Program-made: the position numbers and the translations under genes
Notes under the pieces: model-generated
Told to the model about the DNA's origin: nothing
What the model saw: the letters and a program-made list of their open reading frames with translations, nothing else
Database searches by the model: none
Part shown: piece after piece, positions 51,291 through 63,301 of the stretch
Numbering within the stretch: the first letter of the stretch is position 1
How the letters are laid out: each line of letters opens with the position of its first letter
Assembly: GCF_000143415.4 (NCBI RefSeq)
Contig: NW_003314262.1
Location: 4,316,349 to 4,380,348 of the forward strand
From: Selaginella moellendorffii
Lineage: Eukaryota > Plantae > Lycopodiophyta
Reading direction: 5' to 3'
Length of the DNA stretch: 64,000 bases

Positions 51291-51994
51291 AGATCGTGCT
51301 TGAGCATTGTGAAGGAAATCATACCTGCATTTCAATGCAGCAACCTATTTTGGTTTCTCCCTCAATGTGTAGCATAAACCAGCAAACCAAACCACAAACT
51401 TACAAGCGAGCTGCATTTCCATTGCACAGAAGACTGCCTCGCACTCTGTCTAATGATGCTTATTTACATGCAGTCTTTTGAAGATAGCTGGCTGAACATT
51501 GTGCCATGTTATAAGCTTCCCAACTCGCACTGAAACCGCCAAAACAATCAGAGGTTGAGTTTACTGATTTGGTTAACGTAACCTACTTTCACAGAAATCA
51601 ACCATGCTTCTTACGAAACTTCGCTCAATGGTCAAGCGATGAAGTCTTGTGTCACACTTCAAATGCAAATGTGTCAAGATCTAGTTTGACCATAGCCCTG
51701 ACAGCGTGTGCACAGTGTCGCCTTCCTCCAGCTTTTTGTCTTGTGGTGCGAAACATTCGATAGGATTTGTCGCCCTATATTCGCAATAGCTGGTAGACCA
51801 TGGAGCTAAAGTCTTTTCACGTTCAATGTGCTCATTTAGAAAATACTTAATTGCGATGCGAACAAAAGTGCGCTCTAGATTTTCAAAAGTTGTGATGTAA
51901 CCCAGCAACCCCCCCGCTATATAAAGGTACCCCTCCGCTCCATTCAATCAAACACTGCTCAGCTCTATCATTAGTTAAAGTGCTACTGTTTGCA

Positions 51995-52231
51995 ATGGCG
52001 TCCCTTTGTGCTTTCGCTGCTTTCTTCTTGTGCATGTTCGTTGTTGCAATGGTGGAGCACACGAATGTGGTGGAAGCTCAGGCAGCGTGTGGAAACCGTC
52101 CCTGTTGTGGCCGTCATGGTGGCAGAGCCTCCTGCAACCGGGGCCTGTGCTGCAGCCAGTTTGGCTACTGTGGATCGACATCTGCTTTCTGTGGCGTGGG
52201 CTGCCAGCGCGGCTATGGGAGATGCAACTAA
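51995..52231 (+). CDS. Secreted hevein-like (CBM18 chitin-binding) peptide, 78-aa precursor, 10 Cys in the predicted mature part
   Basis: Signal peptide ending VEA-Q; CCSQFGYCGSTSAFCGVGCQ signature; TATA (ctatataaag) at ~51917. Confidence 0.9.
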   Translation: MASLCAFAAFFLCMFVVAMVEHTNVVEAQAACGNRPCCGRHGGRASCNRGLCCSQFGYCGSTSAFCGVGCQRGYGRCN

Positions 52232-53194
52232 ATATTCCATCTAATGTGCTAGACACCTGCAACATGAAAGTTGCGAGTAATATCTAAATAAGCACTGGTG
52301 TCCTCTATTGTCTTTTGTTATATATGGTGTAACGTTTGCTAAGTTACCAAGCTGAACGCATTAAGAATCTCATCCAATGCAATCTCCTTCATCATGATGC
52401 CCAATACATTGCAGGTTAGTAAGGTGGATTCCTTTTACTGCATGGAATAGCTTTTTTTAGAAGCCACACTTTTTCCCTTGGCTTGGCAGGAGCGGCCTTC
52501 AAAGAGACATCCTCTCTTTTGCATCGGCTGTTTTTTAAGGCAGACTGTAAGAATTTATAGTGTTCATGGTCATAACTTGTTACGTGGCACTTTGCAGGAA
52601 CATCAGCATTTTTTAGCACATATGAGCATCACTATCTCACTAACTCATCTTATAGCTGCACAGCTAAGAGATGAGCTTGTGCGATAGCGATAACAAGTTG
52701 AGTCCAACCTGAAGGACTGGGCTGTGATTCACATAATAAACATTTTGGTTTTACCAAGCAAGGTTGGCTCTATCACTTGTGATGCACAGCTATCTGAGCT
52801 CTATATCTCGGGTGGTTGTAGTTGCAATCCAATATCTTTTATTTGATGATATTCCTATAACATATACAAGAGATTGGGTGGGGCTGATTCAAATTGCAGA
52901 CATAGAGTGGATGTCCTGGAAAGCAAGCTTCTTATAGAAGTCTTACACCGGCAAAAACGTGCAATAGAAAGGTGAATCAAGACTCAAGAATCTAAGCAGC
53001 ATTGAAGCCATGATCACAAGACAAACATTCTTTTGTTTTAGATTCTTACAGCTTCCTCACTTCAGGAAGATCCTCTGGTGATATTGCGGGCTACTCTGAA
53101 ATTGGGTTGGTGGTGAAAATATCATGTAGGACAACACAAAAATACTTACTTACATATGCGCAGCACGAGCTCGTACAGTCTCCGCCGTGTCGTC

Positions 53195-55156
53195 TCAGCT
53201 TGCCCTCCACTCCATGTCGTGGATTTTGCCGTTTTTGGAGTCGATCAGCTGATACGTTTCGACAATTTGATAGAAAAAGTCCAGACTTACGCACAGGTGG
53301 ACACCAATCCCCATTGCTGTACTTATGACTTCCACTCGTAAGCGGTCCTCCACTGGTAGTTCCGGCAGACGATGTTGGAACTCTTGATCCCATCGGGGAT
53401 CTTGGTTCTTCTTAATAGCCTAAAAAATAAACGAACGTGTCAGGAACATACAGGAGAACACACAAACCTTCGCCTTTTTCTGCTCCCCTCTGAATGTCAG
53501 CTTCACATATGGATTCGTGTGATGCTTGCCTTCCAGGTCCTCAGCATCACAACGAGCAACCACCGCCTTCGGGGGTGCCTTCGGGAGCTTTCTCGACGCC
53601 ATTAGCGTCCTCGTCCTCAATAGGAATATCCTGATCCTCCTTGAAGGCTGTGTTCGATTGTAAGTTGACCCCGAGGCTTTTGATTTGCTGGATCGCATAC
53701 TTTTCACCAAGGCCAGTGTCACGGTCTTCGTTTCACCCGGAACGGTGGCCTTGAGAGGAACGACTTGCATACCCAGCTTGTCATGTGCAAAAGTACACGT
53801 TAGCTCGCCGATGGACGGTCATAAACATATGCTCGAGAGATTGAGATTCTGGATCCAATACAAGCATGTCGTTCAACTCATTTTGACGGTGGATTTCTTC
53901 TTGGCAAACGGTCCCTGGCCAAGGACCGGCCTCTCGTATGGATCAGACTTCCTCATGAGATTTTTCTTCTTGAGGCCAGTGGCCTTGACAACCTTGACTT
54001 CCAGCATTCCAACAGGTTTCTTAGCCACTCTGAGAGATTTTTAGTGATTACATATGACTTCACTCCACGCAAAGACTTACTCTGGATCATCTATAACGGA
54101 TTTCCGTCTTGGGCCACAAATACATTTCCGAAACTTTATCCTTGATCAAGTCCTGCAAAATCAGCTCTGTCAGTACAAACAAAGACTGCACGTTGCGTTA
54201 CAATAAACCTGGACAAAAGCATAAAGGCCTGGAATCGCCATTAAGTCTCCGCCGAGAAGTTTCAAACCAAAATCCACATGAGGCTGGCAAACACATGATG
54301 TCAACGAAACAAACCTTCTCCATTAGAGAGACTATGATCTTGCAGAAGCAGGGAAATGCAGGAGCAAGAAGTTTCAATGTAACGCGTGCGGTGGCAAATA
54401 CTTGCAAGTCTACAACCTGAAGAAAATCCTCAAAACTCCGAATAGAAAACTAATAAAAACCACCAACCTGGACAGTCGCTCTGAGACCGAAGGCCTTCAC
54501 TGCTACAAGAATATTTTCCATTTTAGAGACGGCTCGATCTCTTTCTCTTGAGTGTCATACACCTTAATGCGTCCCAAAAGGGAATCGTCACAAACATTGA
54601 CCTCAAGAAAAAAAGTAAAGAATCCAACCTACAAACGTCGGGGGCAGTGTGCCCAGCATCAAAACCTCAAACTCGACTGAAGCCTGTATTTTGTTCCATA
54701 CTCTTCAATATAAGGCTTCGCAGTATCACGAATGATCTTGCAAATAGCCTGCATTTGTAAGGCAAGCAGCGATAGAAAATAGAATAAGATACAGCCTTAA
54801 GTATCACACCTTATAGAGGTAAGGCCAAGAAGCTGGTTCAACCAGTCCATCTGATACAAAACAAACCACGATCATACAAAGCAAAGCAAAGTAAAGCAAA
54901 GCATCTGAAGAAAAAATTGCCACTCACTCTATCATAATCTGGATTTTTCACCCAAAGGGGAATCTCTGGCAGTAGCTCTTGAAGCGACTTCGTGTGCACG
55001 TCCTGCAAGGACCGGATTATAGGATCCTGCAAGACAAGCGATGAGCTTGAGGGGTTTTACACAGCGAGATCCCACAATAGATGAAGAGGAAGTAGCCGAT
55101 GACGACACCAATGCTGATACCCTAGGTAAATCCAACACAGTGCTGATTAGCCCCAT
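53195..55156 (-). pseudogene. SYT: Synaptotagmin (SMP + C2 + C2) pseudogene
   Basis: LQELLPEIPLWVKNPDYDR, LQVFATARVTLK, GMLEVKVVKA, AEDLEGKHHTNPYV, YQLIDSKNGKI; frameshift in the exon-1 TM segment and internal deletions. Confidence 0.85.
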
Positions 55157-55389
55157 CGCCGTGCAGAGGAAAATCCTATTCTCTCTCTGAGACTTTTAAT
55201 ATATGCTAAAATAATCTTTGATGGGAAGACCTTTAGATTCACTTTCAATCAATTCTTTGATCCACGGAGAAACCTAGTTACTTTCTTTGCTTTCTTTATA
55301 ATATTAATCCCAAGAGACTTTTTGTTCACAGACTTGGTTCGCCCAAGCAGTCGTGCCTTGTCATGCTCAAAACTGTTGTGAAGAGGAAA

Positions 55390-56848
55390 TCATACAAAGT
55401 TGGCTTTGGTGTTTTTTAGCAAATCTAAAATATGTTCTTGTAGTTCATGAAGGTTGAACTTCACACTACCCGTCATAAGTTGAATGTTAACTGTGGTGCC
55501 TTCGAATAAACAACTAAGTGGGAACTCAATCACACACTCTGTAGGTGATTCTTCTTTTTCTTCGTCAAGAGGCGAGAAGTCCACTTCTGTCCGAAAGTGT
55601 GTTTCTCCTTGACGCCTCTCAAGAAATCTGAGTTTGATTTTCTTGAAGCCACCTGCGACTTCCTGAAAGAACAACAATGTCAAGGAAAAGAAAACTCTCA
55701 AGCATAACTTACTGGATCTTTTGGAAGGTCCACCTTCACACCATACGCAATCTTTGCCCCTCCCACTAGAGTATGTTGGACCAGCTCCTCCTTCAGCACC
55801 GCATACGACTCATTCCCATAAGCCACTTCACCCACGAATTGAGGAGGTAGGTGTTGTGCAAGAACAGCTTGGAAGAGGAAATCTGGCTCCTTGTGGACAC
55901 CGTTCGGAAGGATGATTTGAGAACTTCCATATGCTCGTACATGTTTGCCAGCAGAAGCATCGAGGAGAAGCGACAACTGAGCAAAGAGCTCTGAGTGGAA
56001 CCAGCTCGAAATATACTCATGGAGGTAAGACGGATCTCCATAGAGTAAAACAGCTCCTACATCAATGAATGCTCAAGCTCAAATGAATCTCTAAAAAAAC
56101 AAACTCACCTCCAATTGAGTCGATAAAGGCAAAAGAGAGCCTCCATGCGTTTTCTTTCAGTTTCCACCATTCTTCAAAAGAAGGAAATGGTACATAGGGA
56201 TGGACAACAAAAGGGCCTCCAGATCCTCCTGACGTAGCAGATTTTTCGAACATTTGGATGGCTGCGCCCAGTCCTGCATCAAGGATTTCTACCAACAGAA
56301 ACCATAAACACACAGTACATTTCACACACCTCCATATTTTTCCCTTGAAAGGAACCGTGGTTGTTCAAAGAGCCCCTTGGGGATTGTAGGATCAGCATTG
56401 CATGCTAGTGCCGTCAATGCTAAGCATTGGGTCATGGATCTGAAACAAAAGGTATTACACACACAAGAGATGTGCTCCAGCTTACCCATCCTTGTCAACC
56501 AGGGGACCAACTTTCGTATCGCCTTGTGCAGCAGAACGATAATTTTCCCACCATTCGTCATTGTACTTTCCCGATCCCAGACGTGGAAACGAGGGACAGA
56601 GATGGATCGTTGCGTTCTTGCAGACATTGTAGTCTTGAAGGGTGCCGCTTTCAAGCAGTTTCCCAGCAAACAGCAGCCGCTGAAGGTTCATGGGGATGCC
56701 TTCTTCCTGCCTTATCCCCTCTTTCAAAGTTTCGATGCGAGCTGAAGACCCCAGATCAAAGGGAATTCTTCTGCCACTCACTGTTACACACGATTAACAG
56801 TGAGAATTACAGCTTAGGAGACTTACTTGTTCTCACAAAGATCCTCAT
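55390..56848 (-). CDS. Ubiquitin-like domain fused to a PD-(D/E)xK/Uma2-like nuclease domain (Crinkler-like architecture), 6 exons, intact
   Basis: MRIFVRT..EEGIPMNLQRLLFAGKLLE..TLQDYNV..ATIHL Ubl; C-terminal DPSYLHE, KEPD, PQFVGEVAYGNES; five GT-AG introns keep the frame. Confidence 0.8.
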
Positions 56849-57684
56849 GCCGGCTCCACTGAAGAGAATTTTTGTTGAGCGTGTCAGCTGTACAATAGTG
56901 AGAAGCAGAAGCTTTCACGGGGTTGCAATCTCGGTAGTCAGAACACCAAGCTCTAAACCCTTTCCGAGCGGAAGTTTTCTCCTGGGATCAAAGCCTCAGT
57001 AATTAAATAGGGCAGCTCTAAACCCTTAACAGATAACAAATCATATTTAAAATGAAAATTTATTTACCATTTTATTACTCTAAATCAAGAAAATTCAAAT
57101 CTAAATTAAACACCTCCATAAACATATTGCTCAAGATCAGATATGCTAGGAATCACAATGTCTTGATCATCAATATTCATAAAATGTAATTTTATATCTT
57201 AATTTTATTGTGTCTATTTTAATACATGAGGAATGATAGTCAGCTTTATTTAGTTCTAAACATTGAATAACTAACTAAAGATGAACTTTATTTCTATTAT
57301 ATTAAAGATTTATTTAAAAATAGTGAAAGGACAAATAATATTCAACCATTTCATATACAAAATGCAGCCATTAGTATTACATTAACCATATTGATTGAAA
57401 TTGTATGAGATTGTATTCTTCCATCTTCTTCTTGTTATTTGATCTAATGGAAATAGAACAATATCCAGATAATGTTTTATTAAAATATACTACATATATT
57501 TAGGTAATCCTAATAGAAATTCAAATCAAGAAACAGAAGTAATAATAATATCAACATTAAAATTTTAAATGCATGAATATATCATTCAAAAATGGAATTG
57601 TGAAGCACTTTATGGATCTTCATTGACAAAGTGGCTTTGAAAATGAGATTGGATCATATATAAAAGAAAATAACAATTTGTGCA

Positions 57685-57687
<3 letters not shown>

Positions 57688-57746
<59 letters not shown>
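57688..57746. repeat. (TA)n microsatellite
   Basis: About 29 TA units. Confidence 0.95.
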
Positions 57747-57751
<5 letters not shown>

Positions 57752-57799
57752 AGTAGTTCCTTAAGTGTGTATTGTTTTTTTATTAATAGTCTATATAAA

Positions 57800-58044
57800 T
57801 TTAAACTAAAATCTCAAATCCTAGCACTCCTTAGGGACAATCAAAATTGCCTTTCATCTCCACAAATGTGAATGCATAAAATATAGAAAGAGAATACAAA
57901 AATATATATATATCAATTACCCTAAAAACCATAATTTATATATAGGAGTGAATGGTCTAAATTGAAACCAAGTTGGATAGATACCAAAATTCTATTATGC
58001 TAATATTAATATACAACATTATAATTGTGCACTTGGACCTCACA
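57800..58044 (-). mobile_element. Decayed LTR + PBS + leader of the same gypsy family as 28577-33558
   Basis: gggacaatcaaaa..atctccac..tgtga..caatta..ctcaca aligns with 33320-33558; LTR at 57867-58044. Confidence 0.85.
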
Positions 58045-58505
58045 TATGAAATATAAATTGCTACGTTTTGCATGTAACAATGCTTAGTTTGTTTAATAGT
58101 AGTGTTATTTTTATTTATTAATCCAATTGATCAAATATAATTTATTATTATAAGCATGTTTGTAATTTATAAACACAAGATTAATCTTATTGCATATTAA
58201 CCATTAGATGACAGAATAAAAAAGAATATATTAGAAAGGGTTTAAAAAAGTTTATAAATTATAAACATGTTTATAAATTATAAAAAATAAAATTAATAAC
58301 AACCATTAAATGTAGAATATTTTAGAATATTTAAGCATATTTTAGATATATTCACAATCATTTAGTCCCCTTACAAGTTTGCTTAAGCAAACTAAAAATC
58401 ACAATATATATTAAATTCTAGATTATTTTGTATTTACCCTGGGATTGCAATAAATCTAATAAATCAAAACAAGATTAATACTTAACAACTTGGCATTAGA
58501 ATAGT

Positions 58506-59046
58506 TCAAAGACAAAGATTTCCCAAGGCCGGAATCTCGCTACTCTCTCCCTTGACACATCCGCTCTCGCCCAGCCTCGGCCCAGCCGCTTCCCCCTCCA
58601 CAACCCTGTCCTCCTCCACACCGCCGCCATTCCTCCGCCCATCCACCACCACGTCTCGCCCTTCCTCGATCAGCCCCCCAGCGAGCGTATCCACGCAGCT
58701 CCGTCCCTCTCGTCCCTGCTGCTCGCGCGCGGCATCGTCTACCAGTGCGTCCTCCCACTGCGTATAGCCAGGGATCGGAGCTTCAGCGCAAGGACCAGGG
58801 CCGCCTTCATCATCGTCATCGCCAAACACTGCCGATCGGACCTTCTGCGCCGCAAGCCGGAATGCTTCCTGGATCGAGAGCGAGGCGAATGGATTTACTC
58901 GATCGATCGGGCGAGATAGAGATAGAGATTATCCTTACCTGGATTCCATCGGGGCTTAATGCCGTGTCCTCCAGACCCGCATCCTCGATCCGTGGAGGCT
59001 TCACGGATGACAGCAATCCTCCAGCTGCTCCTGCGGGAACTTCCAT
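58506..59046 (-). CDS. Conserved uncharacterised acidic plant protein (PPRIEDAGLED motif), 2 exons
   Basis: VKPPRIEDAGLEDTALSPDGIQ|EAFRLAA resembles a land-plant family recalled as PRLEDAGLEDCAL...EAF. Confidence 0.7.
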
Positions 59047-59131
59047 CGAATCGATTGCGAGAGATCGCGAGGGTTTCAAATGCCCTAGCTCGCAATCCCA
59101 GCCGTCCAACCACGAACGGTTAACTGCTGCG

Positions 59132-59139
59132 CACGTGGC
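59132..59139. promoter_or_regulatory. G-box/ABRE in a bidirectional intergenic region
   Basis: CACGTGGC between divergent ATGs at 59046 and 59181. Confidence 0.4.
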
Positions 59140-59180
59140 TACATTACTTTAAAGCGCCGCGAATTTTAGGGTTCTTGGAG

Positions 59181-60287
59181 ATGATCACTGTTTTCGTGGA
59201 TCTAGATGATACGCTCGTGTTCTTCAATCCGGAAGGGAAATTCTGTGTAGCGGGAGATACCGAGGGCCCTTACGAGCTCGCGCATGGTGGGAAAGAGTTC
59301 TTGCAGGCGCTGCAATCCATTCCAGGTTTGCAGCTCAATTTCTTTAGCGGCGGCCCGAGATCCAGGAACGTCGGCCTCGTCGATCAGATCCTCTGCGACG
59401 CGTTTGGTGATGGAGAGTGCGGCAAAATCAGGGTTTTCTCTGCGGAGGATCTCTTGCAAGGAGATCCTCCCAAGAAAAAGCTCGAGGGCTTGATCGAAGG
59501 GATCGAGCTAGAGCAAACAATGGTGGTGGATGACACGGCCTATCACTACGCCGCGCCGGGAGAGGAAAGGCATTTTCTTCAGATCTACGCGTGCTACTGC
59601 GAGAAGCACGATCACTACGCAGGCAAGGTGTTTATCATGCGGCGCGACAACAATCTCATCCGTGCTCTCGGTCTCATCCTGTGGGCTTTGGAGATTTCCA
59701 GTTCCGAGCCCTGCTCGCCGGTGGATGCCTTGTCTTTGCTCCAGTGGGGATCGTCATCCGGGGACAATGACTATCGCCACAACGCGACCAATTCCCAGAG
59801 GGTCTATGACTTGGGATTGGAGGCAATGCGGCGAGTTAATCCGGAGCTGGAGCTTCTCGATCGGGAGAAGCTCGGGATCTATCCCTGGTCGTGCGAGCTT
59901 CTAGAGGCTCTCACCGGCGAGCAGGACTCCCACTTTGGCAGCACCAATCTCTTTGACAAGGATCAAGTTGGAAGGGTCCGGTTGAGCTTGCCTCCCGTGT
60001 CGAGGGTAGCGATCGATCCAGCTCCATCGCTGTTGGTGGGAAAGGACGATGCGGCGGAGGTGAGAATCCAGTGGATTGGCGAGGAGAAGGAAGCGATTGG
60101 AAAGCAAAAGCTTGTGAAGCTCCCGAGTGGGACGACTGGAAAGGTGGCGAAGGCAACGCTGGAACACATTCTTCCAGTGGAATCTGGGGTGCTCATGGTT
60201 GAGCCATGGGACGAGGTTGACGACGTCGAGATTCTAGATCATACTCACTTGTACACGTATGAAGGCTGCAAGATTTCCTTGTTTTGA
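59181..60287 (+). CDS. Intronless HAD-superfamily (FCP1/NIF-like DxDxT) phosphatase with an unknown C-terminal region
   Basis: VFVDLDDTLV motif I, FFSGG motif II, KKKL, MVVDD motif IV; 368-aa open frame. Confidence 0.75.
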   Translation: MITVFVDLDDTLVFFNPEGKFCVAGDTEGPYELAHGGKEFLQALQSIPGLQLNFFSGGPRSRNVGLVDQILCDAFGDGECGKIRVFSAEDLLQGDPPKKKLEGLIEGIELEQTMVVDDTAYHYAAPGEERHFLQIYACYCEKHDHYAGKVFIMRRDNNLIRALGLILWALEISSSEPCSPVDALSLLQWGSSSGDNDYRHNATNSQRVYDLGLEAMRRVNPELELLDREKLGIYPWSCELLEALTGEQDSHFGSTNLFDKDQVGRVRLSLPPVSRVAIDPAPSLLVGKDDAAEVRIQWIGEEKEAIGKQKLVKLPSGTTGKVAKATLEHILPVESGVLMVEPWDEVDDVEILDHTHLYTYEGCKISLF

Positions 60288-60788
60288 TTGAATCCATAAT
60301 CAATTGACCTAGAAGTGATCATGCACCCAACTGCTGCAGACTGGGGAATGTCTACTTTTTGGACTGAGGAACATTTCGCTTAGCTAGGTTCGTGATGGAG
60401 TACATAGTATTGGCTATATAGTTTTACATTGAGATGCAAAAATTTAAATGAGTAAATAAAATAAAATCTTGTTGTTAATATTTTGTAAGCTTTATTTTTT
60501 GGCCTGACATAATCTACTGTTTTAGTTTGTTTATTCCATCCAAATTTCACTATGTTGTGTATATATATTTCCGAAAGTCATTTGTAAACATTCACATAAA
60601 AACTTGAAACTTATTCAACTTATTCAATGTTGTTGTTGACCATAACTCGCTTTGAATCTTGGGGAAATACACAAGATCTTTCAAAGCTCCCAGTATTTCC
60701 ATTTGGCATTTGAGGACCCTATGTCCACGCAGTAAACCTTAAACTAAACTATGAAATGAATTTACAATTGAATTTACTCTAAAGGTTT

Positions 60789-61836
60789 TCATGATTGAGT
60801 CGCCGTGGTAGAGGTGCTCAGAGCTACGTCAACAAATTTCCCATTTTGCTTGGGCAACTCAATTCCACTCTCCAAATCCGGGGATTCACTCTCTTCGGCT
60901 TCCTTCTCGTCAGGCACCTGCCACGTCAGCAAGTTACCGGGCTTGTAATATATGTAGTGGCAAAAGAGCTGGACGGCGCCTCCGGCTAGTCCAAGAACAT
61001 TGGGAACCTGAATTGGGCAAACTTCGTGGTTAATTCCCTATAAATATTACTGCAAAATCTTACCAGTATGTAAATGTCGTGCTTCAAGAGCGCGTACGCA
61101 AACCACAGGGCACTGTTGATGAAGACGGTCAAGCACAGGTAAAAAGGTAAGAACTCGACACTTTTGGTCTTGAAAATCCGGTACTGCAAGACAGAGGATT
61201 TGTGATTAGCAATGATAACAAGGAAGGTTAAGGTTTTAATCCGCCAACTTACCATCACGGACAAAGGTGACCAATACATCGCGATGTTGAGGACGATGCA
61301 AAGAACTCCAAAGATTGTAATCCTCGTGTCCTTGCTATGGATTCCGAGACTTATGCCAAAGCCCACGGCCGCCACGAGCGCCAAGCACGAAAACGTATAA
61401 AGGGATGTTCTTTTCTGCAAATTCGAAGGGGCCAAAGTTGGCAAAGAATCGATCACCCTCAAAACAAATCCTTACCAATGCCTTGGGCGATTTCCTCGCG
61501 TAGAACAAGAAAAGAAAGACGTAGATCACGTTGAGAACCGTCCCAAGCCCATTGATGGTGACGACCAGCATTGCGTTTTTGTTGATTGGCGAGCCATACA
61601 GAACCCAGAGAATACAATTCAGGAGCGAAGCGATATAGGGCACCGATGAGAAGGATTCCGTGGATTTCTTCTTTGCAATCCTTATGAAAGTGAGTCTGCA
61701 ATAGAAAAGCAAGAATCAGATTGGGAAAAGAGGGTCATGAAGCAAGACAAAGAGTGAAAACATACATCGAAGACAAAAACATCAACGCTGCAACAACATT
61801 CCCAGCCACTCCAATAATCGTTGCTGCGATCGCCAT
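60789..61836 (-). CDS. SWEET: SWEET (MtN3/saliva) sugar transporter
   Basis: TFIRIAKKKSTESFSSVPY, LVVTING, SPLSVM, TKSVEFLPF, VPNVLG..QL. Confidence 0.95.
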
Positions 61837-63301
61837 GCTGCTCTAAAACCCGTAACCCAAAGCCTCAGTTTTATACCTTTTCACTGGCAAAAAGGTTCTT
61901 TTTGGGTTCATAAAATCTTATCCATTCAATTTCTTATTAAAGACGTGTATTTGAATTTTGGAATGTTTGAAGTTATTTGATTTCCAAAGTGTAATCTACC
62001 GTATGCCAAGCCTTTTCAATGCGTAAATAACTAAGGCCAACTGTATTATTATAATACATGTAACTCACTTTGCATTTTATTTTTAATAATTATTTTTAAA
62101 TATATCTTTTTCAAACCAAGCATCTGACTCTTAGTGTCCCATGGAACATAAAATCTACTAATTTTATAACTTCCACCATAACTTATTATGTACCAATGTT
62201 TCAAACCCTCAACGAATCTGACTATAATACTCTTTTAGCCATCCATTCATTTACCAACAAAACGTTTATCAGCAAAAACTTGTCAGTTACAATTTACTAC
62301 CAGCCAGTTAACCATTGACTTTTTATATGGCTTTTAACCTTGGCCATCTGCATAAATTATGTTTTACAGTAGCCATTAATCTTTGGAGTTTAAACAACAA
62401 ATCCCCCAATTCTATTTAAATAATCTGGAACAAATGTTTCCTGTCATTGACAGAGATGGTTGTCCAAAGATAGGCAAATTTTTATGGTTATGTGAAGTTT
62501 AACAGTAATTCCTTTGATCTTACCCTGGTTCTTCTACACCAAGAGAAAGTATCTACGAACAGGCTGGATGACTGCTCAACTTGCAAGGCTATTTTAGCAA
62601 TTCCCTTTCATTCCAGTGGGACCAAAGCACCAAAGTTCATGGTTTTTCCACGGGAAATCTTGTAGAAATGGAAGAAGACAACATTGAAATATCGTCATAC
62701 TTGAGATTTTTCGGCCATACATATGGTCGGTATTGCAAGAGCTAGGAATCTCTTCTCTGGCTGTGCGATTAAATCTGGCTACAGTAGAGCAATACGAGCA
62801 AAATCCCAACAAACAAGTTGTGAGCAAGTCGGTGTTCTTTGTATTTTTCTTTCTCGACATGTTTCCCATGCCTCGAAGTGACTCGCGAGCCAATCAACGT
62901 TGGAAGAGCAAACGATGAAACATCAAGCAATTGTACAATACGGACCAACATGGAAAAGAAATCAAAGCAAAGAGTCTATCTGATCGCTACAAGTCACCTT
63001 CCACGTCAGCGGGCCCCGCTCCACATCAGCTATGACTCGAAACAGCTCAGCATAATTGCCACGTGGATTTTGAGCACACACGGTCTTTTATACCGTGAAT
63101 TGTGTTTGTGTGTGTGCTCCTTTTTCTTCCCCCGCCCCCCATGCGTGTAGCCTCTCTAGGGTTTCCCTGTTCTTGTGTGCCACTGGAGTGGAATCGCGGC
63201 ACGCGGCGAATCTTCCGGCATTTCCAAGGCTGTAAGATTACTTAACAGCGCCTAGAATCGCGAGCTCGGGCTGGAAATCTTGCGAATCCGGGGCTACATT
63301 C

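Noticed and set aside
62594-63150. Short ORFs between SWEET and the ERD6-like gene
   Set aside because: No homology signal; probably promoter sequence
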